Origin: Pyrodictium abyssi
GTDB lineage: Archaea > Thermoproteota > Thermoprotei_A > Sulfolobales > Pyrodictiaceae
Length of the DNA: 32,000 nt
Direction: 5' to 3'
NCBI RefSeq assembly: GCF_036323395.1
Contig: NZ_AP028907.1
Location: forward strand, 1,860,001 to 1,892,000
In this document: positions 8,264 to 14,822 of the stretch, one piece after another
Layout: every line of letters begins with the position of its first letter
How positions within the stretch are numbered: position 1 is the first letter of the stretch
Notes under the pieces: generated by a model
Databases searched by the model: none
The model's input: only the letters and a program-made list of their open reading frames with translations
Told to the model about the DNA's origin: nothing
Translations under genes and position numbers: made by a program

Positions 8264-9694
8264 ATGGTCTTAGCCAGGATACTTCGGCGGCTACGTTCCC
8301 GCAGCATAGTGGAGGTTACTGGGGTCAGCGAGCAGTTTATAGACCACATGGACGTTTTCTACAAGCGTTTAGCAGCTATTGGTGGACGCTATGTCTTTGA
8401 GTGCCGCTCGGGAACATGTCTATCGTTTATAGAGCTCCCATCAAGCGATTACCAGGCAATAGTCGCAGCGCCAGGCCTAGACGTGAGAAACCCTAGCCAA
8501 CAAGGCAAGATGAATGGATACACGCTACTTCCCCCTCCGCGTGGCGATAGAATACTCTGGTGCGGCAAGACTAAGCCAGATAGCGATGAACGCTATGGGA
8601 TAATCCTGGGCTACTGTGCTAATGCAGCTGTAGTGCTCGACGAGGATAGCTTGCTCAGACACATACTCGTAGTTGGCTCCACGGGCTCGGGCAAAAGCCA
8701 TACCGCGGCACGGATAGCCATGTGTAGTAGTAGAATAGGTTTTAAGCCCATTATACTAGACTGGCACGGAGAATACGAACAACTGTTGGGGAGACACTAC
8801 GCCGGAGACTACACGGTCCTATCTTATCCGGATCTGCCGCGCGTAGCGTTTACCAGTAGCAGTATCCCTCTAGAGTCGTCCATATCGGTACTGGAACGCA
8901 CTCTAGACCTTAGCCCATTCCAATCCAGTATACTAGCTGCGTTCCTAGTGCTGGCTACACAGCAAGACGCTGCTACTGCTAAAGGGCTTCTAGACGTCGT
9001 GGTCAACCACATAGAGCGGGACGAGGTAAAGGAACTAATGGATACACTCAAAAGCGGGAACACCGTGCACGAACTTATACATGTAATTTCTACAGTATTC
9101 AATAAAAAGCGAAATGATTTCACGAGAGCCGAGCAGGAGATATGGCTTGCACTTCTAAGAAGACTCAACATAATAGCTACAAGCCGATATGCAAACATCT
9201 TCGCTATAAGGGAGACAAAAGAGTTGCTTAAGACTATACATATTGACGACTATTCCCCCACTATAGTTAGGCTGGACACTATATTATCGCTACGTATAAG
9301 GAAAATGTACGCTGTATACCTGCTGCAGATGCTATACACACTCGCAAACACTAATGGCACTAGGATATTGGTTGTAGTAGAGGAAGCACACAACTTGCTA
9401 GATAATAAAGTCGTCTCGGAACTTATAGCCGAGACACGCAAATATGGGATAGGGTTTTTAGTAGTAGTCCATACGCCGCGCATACTCCCTGAGCTGAGCG
9501 AGGCGAACTTCAACACAATAATAGCGCACAGAATAACGTCAGTAAACGATAGGCTTGTCATTGCAAAGACACTAGGGCTAGATGACGACTCAATCTTATC
9601 AAAACTTGAAGAAGGCGACGTACTAGTAAGAAGACACGACATGAAGACACCGCTACTTGTAAAGGTTGAACATAAAGCCCCATGTACACCCTAG
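8264..9694 (+). CDS. HerA/FtsK-superfamily ATPase (DUF87-type, HerA/VirB4/CedB-like)
   Basis: Walker A is in LLRHILVVGSTGSGKSHT (about 8672-8703). Walker B is ILVVVEEAHNLL (about 9361-9400), the EEAH signature of HerA/DUF87 ATPases. The ORF track starts at 7871 but that reading runs through tRNA-Gly. The first ATG after the tRNA is 8264 (MVLARILRR), giving 476 aa. Confidence 0.75.
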   Translation: MVLARILRRLRSRSIVEVTGVSEQFIDHMDVFYKRLAAIGGRYVFECRSGTCLSFIELPSSDYQAIVAAPGLDVRNPSQQGKMNGYTLLPPPRGDRILWCGKTKPDSDERYGIILGYCANAAVVLDEDSLLRHILVVGSTGSGKSHTAARIAMCSSRIGFKPIILDWHGEYEQLLGRHYAGDYTVLSYPDLPRVAFTSSSIPLESSISVLERTLDLSPFQSSILAAFLVLATQQDAATAKGLLDVVVNHIERDEVKELMDTLKSGNTVHELIHVISTVFNKKRNDFTRAEQEIWLALLRRLNIIATSRYANIFAIRETKELLKTIHIDDYSPTIVRLDTILSLRIRKMYAVYLLQMLYTLANTNGTRILVVVEEAHNLLDNKVVSELIAETRKYGIGFLVVVHTPRILPELSEANFNTIIAHRITSVNDRLVIAKTLGLDDDSILSKLEEGDVLVRRHDMKTPLLVKVEHKAPCTP

Positions 9695-9800
9695 ACACAC
9701 ATAACAATGATGCCGCAGGGACATAATGCTACAGGTTGCCCCAGCCACTAGCCCGCCGGCATGTATGATCTTTGGACCTCAGGGAGGCCGGCAGAATGTG

Positions 9801-9888
9801 TGGTGCGGGGGGTGGGATTTGAACCCACGCCGGCCTACGCCAGCGGGTCTTAAGCCCGCCCCCTTCGACCTGGCTCGGGCACCCCCGC
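9801..9888 (-). tRNA. tRNA-Leu (anticodon UAA)
   Basis: The reverse complement is GCGGGGGUGCCCGAGCCAGGUCGAAGGGGGCGGGCUUAAGACCCGC plus a long variable arm, T arm GUGGG-UUCAAAU-CCCAC, and encoded CCA. A CATAATAG TATA-like box lies 21-28 nt upstream (9909-9916). Confidence 0.95.
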
Positions 9889-10261
9889 ACCCGATGTGTG
9901 CCCCCATGCTATTATGCCCTACCCCCTGGCTCCAGATATACCCTTCTTGAGGACTGACATATACCCTCAGCCATAGACCGGGAAGCAGCCATGCAACTCG
10001 AGCTAGAGGTGTACTTCGTCACATAGCAGCATCCTGACATGTTACCAAGCTATTGTACACTATACATCGGAAAAGCATAGTCTAGCACAATTAGAAGCGC
10101 GAATAATGGCTATAGGAGCGCCATGCCGGGATTCCGGCCTGGTTCGCAGAAGTGCCCAGCATAAATGTATAGCACGGAGCTATAGGCACATCATGGACTG
10201 CTTTGACCAAAAATAACTACCCACTACGGGGTCTGAGACAGCATCTTGCTAATGTCAACAG

Positions 10262-10558
10262 TTACTCCTCTACACCTTCCAGCTCCTCTTGTAGAAGTTC
10301 TTGAAGCACCTCCCTGTATTCCTCGCGCTCCTGCTCCCACTCTTCAAGCGACTTTATCGGCCGACGCTTAGCCTCACTCACCTTAAGGGTTGTGATTGTA
10401 CGCTCCTGCTCCGGCGTAGCACCCACTATAGTGTAGTCCCGGAGCTGGCCACCCTGAGCGGATACCGTGTGCCCGCACCGGGTGCAGCGTAGCAGTACGC
10501 TGCCACCCTCACGGCCTACTGGTATCATCAGTCCCCCACAGCGTGGACAGAACTCCAT
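10262..10558 (-). CDS. zinc-ribbon protein resembling the N-terminal ribbon of TFS/Rpo12(RPB9), with acidic helical tail
   Basis: 98-aa ORF. MEFCPRCGGLMIPV...LLRCTRCGH matches the CPxCG...CxxCG N-terminal Zn ribbon of TFS/RPB9-type proteins. There is no second (C-terminal) ribbon. Instead there is a Glu-rich helix (EEWEQEREEYREVLQELLQEELEGVEE). GGAGGT lies 9 nt upstream of the ATG. Confidence 0.6.
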   Translation of the reverse strand: MEFCPRCGGLMIPVGREGGSVLLRCTRCGHTVSAQGGQLRDYTIVGATPEQERTITTLKVSEAKRRPIKSLEEWEQEREEYREVLQELLQEELEGVEE

Positions 10559-10637
10559 ACGGCGTTTACCTCCCCTCTCGTCTCCCCTTACATGTCTTTG
10601 CCGTTCAACCAGCGCTACACATCCCGCATAAGCCCAC

Positions 10638-10646
10638 TATATATAC
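10638..10646 (-). promoter_or_regulatory. TATA box upstream of the Zn-ribbon gene
   Basis: The minus strand reads GTATATATAG about 85 nt upstream of ATG 10558, immediately after the deoA stop. This implies a 5' UTR of roughly 55-60 nt if it is used. Confidence 0.4.
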
Positions 10647-10667
10647 CTAACTCCTTACTTCATCGGC

Positions 10668-12179
10668 TTAGGGGAATAGCTTCACTATAACACCCTCAAC
10701 GACAACCGCATTATACTCCTCGATGATTCTTACCGCCTCGTGCAGTCTTGCATCGCTTGATGCATATATAGTCAGCAAGGGGTCACCCTTCTTAACACGG
10801 TAGCCCGTCTTAACATGAAGCTTTATGCCAGCCGTCTTATCGTCGGGCGCGCCAGCAGCCTTAGCTGCAAGAGATATAGCCACATTATCTATAGATGATA
10901 CTATCCCGTCACGTCGTGCCTCGAGCGTGAACCTCTTAGGAGCTAAACGTATATCCTCAGGCTTGACGTCGGGATCGCCCTCCTGAACCTCTATTATTTC
11001 TCTAAACTTCTTGTAGGCCATACCGCTTCTGAGTATCTCGCAGGCAAGACTATACCCCCTGCCGCGGGGCGCAACGCCACCTAGCTCTAGTACGAGGCCG
11101 GCAAGACTGCACGCCTTCTCGACTAGTCCCAGCGGCCCATCACCTTTCATTAGGGTCTCTAGGGCTTCTCTGGCCTCCAACGCCGGACCTACTGAAAGCC
11201 CTATAGGCTCGTTACCAAAGGTTAGTGCAACACGCATAGTGACGCCAAGCCTACTAGCCTGGGATAGGAACATAGATGCCAACATTGCGGCGTCCTTCTC
11301 GTTCTCTACTTTAGCACCGCGCCCCACTGGGATGTCGATAACAAGCCTTGACACGCTCATAGCGAGCTTCTTTGCCAGTATGCTCGCCACCATCTGGGTA
11401 GGAGGGTCAACCCCTATACGCCTTTCAACTCTCACGAAGACGTCGTCCGCCGGTGCCAGGTTGAGGGCACCACCCCAGACGATGAGCCCCCGCGCACGTA
11501 GAGCCATGTCATGTATCTCCTCAGCCGAGAATGTTACCCTAGCTAGAACCTCCATGGTGTCTGCAGTACCTGCGGGGCTGGTTATGGCTCGACTGCTCGT
11601 CTTAGGTATGAGGAGGCCCTTAGAAGCGACTATGGGCACAACTATGAGAGCTACCTTACTGTTACCCGGCACACCACCTATACTATGTTCGTCGTATACG
11701 GGTTCACCAAAGCTAACAATCTCGCCGGTATCAACCATAGCCCTAATAAGATATCCTAGCTCCTCGTCGCTGAGCCTATGATGGAGCTGGCTCACGAGAA
11801 AAGCGGCTATCTGGGCCTCGTCATAAAGCCCAGCTACTATGTCGCCTACTAGCCGCTTATAGTCGCCCGCATCGAGACGCTTACCTTCGAGACGGCGTTT
11901 GAAAGCATCAAAGCTAGGCGGGAGATCAACTGGATAAACCTCGGCTGCTTTACAGTCACCTAGCTTCTTCAACAACTGGTGTGAAGCAGCTACAGAGCCA
12001 GGACTAACAAGGTGGCTTAAAGCAGCCAAGGCCCCAAGACTGCGCCCGCCACACACTATGCTGACACGTGACCCGGCTAGTATACTCATTCGTTCAGCAT
12101 CCCGTGGATTCAAGAATACAGCGTCACAGCCAACATCAATATCTAGTTGTTCTACGCGGAGACTACGTCCAAGCTCCAC
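10668..12179 (-). CDS. deoA: AMP phosphorylase (thymidine phosphorylase family, archaeal DeoA type)
   Basis: 503-aa ORF with a GTG start. It has the extra N-terminal domain, then the glycosyltransferase-family-3 core (HSIGGVPGNSK, TSSRAITSPAGTADTME) and the C-terminal alpha/beta domain (GDPLLTIYA). Length and N-terminal extension fit archaeal AMP phosphorylase rather than bacterial TP. Confidence 0.85.
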   Translation of the reverse strand: MELGRSLRVEQLDIDVGCDAVFLNPRDAERMSILAGSRVSIVCGGRSLGALAALSHLVSPGSVAASHQLLKKLGDCKAAEVYPVDLPPSFDAFKRRLEGKRLDAGDYKRLVGDIVAGLYDEAQIAAFLVSQLHHRLSDEELGYLIRAMVDTGEIVSFGEPVYDEHSIGGVPGNSKVALIVVPIVASKGLLIPKTSSRAITSPAGTADTMEVLARVTFSAEEIHDMALRARGLIVWGGALNLAPADDVFVRVERRIGVDPPTQMVASILAKKLAMSVSRLVIDIPVGRGAKVENEKDAAMLASMFLSQASRLGVTMRVALTFGNEPIGLSVGPALEAREALETLMKGDGPLGLVEKACSLAGLVLELGGVAPRGRGYSLACEILRSGMAYKKFREIIEVQEGDPDVKPEDIRLAPKRFTLEARRDGIVSSIDNVAISLAAKAAGAPDDKTAGIKLHVKTGYRVKKGDPLLTIYASSDARLHEAVRIIEEYNAVVVEGVIVKLFP

Positions 12180-12406
12180 AGTACATCACCTATAGAGGCA
12201 CAGCCAGAGACAATAACCCTGACGGACACTATACCTGGATACGCCTGCAACCCCGAGCCACACATCTAACCCTCTTTAGAGCTACAGCACACAGTAACAT
12301 AGTAGCCGGTGCTAGAATAAAAATGTGCAAGACAAGGCTCCATGCCTACATCTCAACACCCCAACAAAGGCTTGAAAAAGACATACACTACCATCCAAGA
12401 AACTGC

Positions 12407-12676
12407 ATGAAGGCTAAACAGCCACACATAGACTTACCATGCATCGAGCCCCTCTGCAGCCTAGCCATGAAGCAAGGTATCAAGCTCCTATGCAGAAGCC
12501 GTGACAGCTGCATAAAGCTTCTAGAGCCACTAACTGGTATAGAAGTCGAAATATGCACAGATACAGGAAAGCCCCGTTGCCAAAGACAAGTATACATAAT
12601 GAAGACGAGAAGCGGAAACATATACATAGGTCCAGTAATAGTAACCACAGAGAGCATAATGAGTAAGAAGAAATAG
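12407..12676 (+). CDS. hypothetical small Cys- and Lys-rich protein (speculative)
   Basis: This is the internal ATG of track ORF 12068-12676, whose 5' part is antisense to deoA. It gives 89 aa (MKAKQPHIDLPCIEPLC...IYIGPVIVTTESIMSKKK). An AATAAAAA box lies at 12316-12323 upstream and CTTTTA follows just after the stop. I recognise no family. It lies in a compositionally odd tract, so it may be non-coding. Confidence 0.2.
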   Translation: MKAKQPHIDLPCIEPLCSLAMKQGIKLLCRSRDSCIKLLEPLTGIEVEICTDTGKPRCQRQVYIMKTRSGNIYIGPVIVTTESIMSKKK

Positions 12677-12763
12677 TACTTTTACCACCTAAATTACCTA
12701 AACAACGCTGAGTCCAACTAGTAACAGAGCCAGGAGCCGTAGATACGAACATAACTAGTCCAA

Positions 12764-12793
12764 CAGTGGACAGAAAGCTAGTGATATCCACTG
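12764..12793. repeat. 7-bp perfect inverted repeat CAGTGGA / TCCACTG with 16-nt spacer
   Basis: Read directly from the sequence: 12764-12770 and 12787-12793. Each arm is flanked by CAACAG. It lies in the A+C-skewed non-coding tract. Confidence 0.6.
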
Positions 12794-12947
12794 CATCAAC
12801 AGAAACGCAACAAGAGAATAGACGTCAAGCAGACACTAAAGATGCGCCGGGGAATCCCTGCCCCAGACGCGCAGATAGCCGGAACAGCCGTCTAGAAGTC
12901 AGTAGACGTATACGTATACATAGGTAGCGGACGAGCCAGTAGGGGTG

Positions 12948-13035
12948 TGGTGCGGGGGGTGGGATTTGAACCCACGCAGGCCTACGCCAGCGGGTCCTCA
13001 GCCCGCCCCCTTTGACCTGGCTCGGGCACCCCCGC
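12948..13035 (-). tRNA. tRNA-Leu (anticodon GAG)
   Basis: The reverse complement is nearly identical to the Leu-UAA gene, differing in the anticodon loop (CUGAGGA), one D-loop base and one variable-arm base. It is a full cloverleaf with encoded CCA. Confidence 0.95.
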
Positions 13036-13090
13036 ACCCTGCAGCCGTGTGGAGACGGGATAGAGAGGGGAGGTTTTTGAAGCTTAACGG

Positions 13091-13215
13091 TGGCGCCGGG
13101 GGCGGGATTTGAACCCGCGCGCCCCTCCACGGGGCAGTGGGTCTCCCGGTCCTGCCTAGAGCCGGAAAAGGTCTGGTCTCGAGCCCACCGCCTTGGACCG
13201 CTCGGCCACCCCGGC
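13091..13215 (-). tRNA. tRNA-Ser (anticodon CGA) with 35-nt intron at the canonical 37/38 position
   Basis: The reverse complement has acceptor GCCGGGG/CCCCGGC, the 5' anticodon stem strand GUGGG and loop CUCGAG. A 35-nt insert follows (plus coordinates 13143-13177), then A-CCCAC, a long variable arm, T arm GCGGG-UUCAAAU-CCCGC, and G-CCA. Confidence 0.9.
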
Positions 13216-13289
13216 ACCCATCCTAGGGCCGTGTCCTACTAGTCAGAATAGTTAGGGGGCTTTTACCCTTGCTTTGTCACCTAGATGGG

Positions 13290-14243
13290 CTACACTGGGA
13301 CGTAGACCGGGTTACTATCTGTCGCTATATCTTTGTAGCTTTCGAGCATATTGCGTATGGGTTTTGGTAACGTGAACATCCATTGATGTGTTGCACCGTC
13401 GTAGAATCGAAGACTACCGTTAATCCTGTTCTTTATTAGTTCGTCTACCTCTTCGGAGCTTAGTCTGGCTGGGTCTACCGTGTCTGACGCTGCGACAAAT
13501 CCCCATATGCCGTTGTAGCTTCTGACGTAGGTTATGTATGGCCTTGTTATCTTGAATACGGACGCTATAGTATTCCTTATTGTTGCGTAGACTCTCGGGG
13601 TTAGTATCGGAGACGAGGCCTGCGTCACAATTACCCCGCCAGACTTAAGCACGTTGGCCACCAGCTTGTAGAACTCAAGCGTATAGAGCAGAGCCGCGGG
13701 ACCACCCTCCATAGGGTCCACTAGGTCGAGGATCACTACGTCAAACTTCCGGTCGGTTTCTGAAAGGAACTTTCTACCATCAGCGAATACTAGCTCGAGT
13801 TTCTCGCTGTCAAAGGCACCCTGGTGCCACTCCGGTAGATACTTCTTAGCCAGCTCTATCAGCTCAGCATCTATATCAACCATCGTCACACGTTCAACGC
13901 ACTTGTGTTTAAGCACTTCACGAGCCGTAGCTCCCTCTCCACCGCCTATTATCAGAACCTCCTTCGGGCAAGTATGCGCCAGCATTACCGGATGCACAAG
14001 AGCTTCGTGGTACCAGTGTTCGTCGAAAAGACTACTCTGCACTTTACCGTCCAGCACTAGCGACTTTCCAATACCTGCTAGCTCTCCAATGAGGTACTCC
14101 TGGAATCTCGTTGCGCCTGCTGCATAAATCTTCTCAACACTCCGTATACACGCCTCGCCCTCTGTTATCCACTCAGCCACTATCCTCCATGGGAGCTTCT
14201 GCGTCAAGACCCCGGACCTCCTACCCAAGAGCATGCCCGGCAC
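13290..14243 (-). CDS. speE: spermidine synthase / polyamine aminopropyltransferase
   Basis: VLIIGGGEGATAREVLKH, VTMVDID and DVVILDLVDP motifs match the spermidine synthase family. The track start is GTG 14243. The likelier start is TTG 14205-14207, which is preceded by AGGAGGT (14216-14222) at an 8-nt spacing. Confidence 0.88.
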   Translation of the reverse strand: MPGMLLGRRSGVLTQKLPWRIVAEWITEGEACIRSVEKIYAAGATRFQEYLIGELAGIGKSLVLDGKVQSSLFDEHWYHEALVHPVMLAHTCPKEVLIIGGGEGATAREVLKHKCVERVTMVDIDAELIELAKKYLPEWHQGAFDSEKLELVFADGRKFLSETDRKFDVVILDLVDPMEGGPAALLYTLEFYKLVANVLKSGGVIVTQASSPILTPRVYATIRNTIASVFKITRPYITYVRSYNGIWGFVAASDTVDPARLSSEEVDELIKNRINGSLRFYDGATHQWMFTLPKPIRNMLESYKDIATDSNPVYVPV

Positions 14244-14459
14244 AGCACTCTAGGGGCCCGCCGCGTTCCCTCTCTAGGGCCCAAGGCGGGGAGCATTGCT
14301 GGAGGGGAGTATAAACGCGGTGCAGGATCTGGCCCGCGGACTAGCCGATAGAACGAGGCCAGCCACACGCTCACGGGCTAGGCGTTACTAGGGTGACAGT
14401 GAGCGTCAAGATGCTTGCAGTTCACAGTGTTGCCGCCATGTGTTGGAGGACTTGAGGAG

Positions 14460-14537
14460 TGGTGGGCCCGCGGGGATTTGAACCCCGGACCTCCGCCGTG
14501 TAAGGGCGGCGTCCTAACCAGGCTAGACGACGGGCCC
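14460..14537 (-). tRNA. tRNA-Val (anticodon UAC)
   Basis: The reverse complement has a GGGCCCG acceptor, anticodon stem CCGCC/GGCGG with loop CUUACAC, T arm CGGGG-UUCAAAU-CCCCG, and A-CCA. Confidence 0.95.
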
Positions 14538-14713
14538 ACCCGCGGGCCTCCGCTATCGGATTCATGCAGAAAGACCGGGGTTATAAGCTCTACGTTACAC
14601 TGTCATATTGCTATGGACCCTGGCTAGACGCTTGTAGGAGCTGCCTAGGCCCGCCGCATGACTTGTAGCAAAACTGCTAAGCATCTGGCCCTAACAGCTT
14701 CTCCACCGGGTAG

Positions 14714-14773
14714 ATGATGAGGTTCGCTAGGGGTGAGCAAGCTCTGCGATGAGCATGGTATGGCGGAGGCTGA
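14714..14773 (+). ncRNA. candidate box C/D sRNA
   Basis: AUGAUGA (14714-14720), then the 12-nt GGUUCGCUAGGG, GUGA (D'-like), about 10 nt, CGAUGA (C'-like, 14747-14752), 17 nt, and CUGA (14770-14773). Total length is 60 nt, in an ORF-free spacer between tRNA-Val and ppcA. The C'-D spacing is longer than the usual 12 nt and there is no clear terminal stem. Confidence 0.3.
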
Positions 14774-14822
14774 TAGTTTGTGCGGTGTTTTAATGCGTGG
14801 ATGGCAGGTGTGGCTGCTTAAT

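Noticed and set aside
9889-10261. The 370-nt ORF-free spacer downstream of the Zn-ribbon gene as an ncRNA locus. Its features are CTGACAT twice, a minus-strand AUGAUGU box at about 10188-10195, and a CCGG-GATT-CCGG mini-hairpin.
   Set aside because: There is no matching D box at guide distance, no extended helices, average-to-low GC, and no convincing promoter-terminator pair. The sequence evidence alone is too weak to call a feature.
12590-12930. A replication origin (ORB/mini-ORB elements) in the A+C-skewed tract.
   Set aside because: There is only one dyad (CAGTGGA/TCCACTG), with partial resemblance to ORB cores. There are no multiple ORB copies, no adjacent orc1/cdc6 or whiP gene in the window, and no obvious duplex-unwinding element flanked by inverted ORBs. 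I keep it only as a low-probability alternative within the finding.
9801-13035. The two near-identical tRNA-Leu genes as attL/attR of an integrated element spanning the Zn-ribbon and deoA genes.
   Set aside because: Both copies are complete, foldable tRNAs with different anticodons rather than a full gene plus a 3' fragment. The intervening genes are housekeeping with native-looking composition, and no integrase is present.
12825-13217. The 130-aa minus-strand ORF, and similar ORFs at 9726-9950 (+), 14415-14627 (+), 7642-7878 (+) and 7685-7885 (-).
   Set aside because: Each one is a translation across a GC-rich tRNA gene (Leu-GAG plus Ser, Leu-UAA, Val, Phe). The peptides are Pro/Gly/Arg-rich and have no start context. 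The tRNA cloverleaves explain the sequence.
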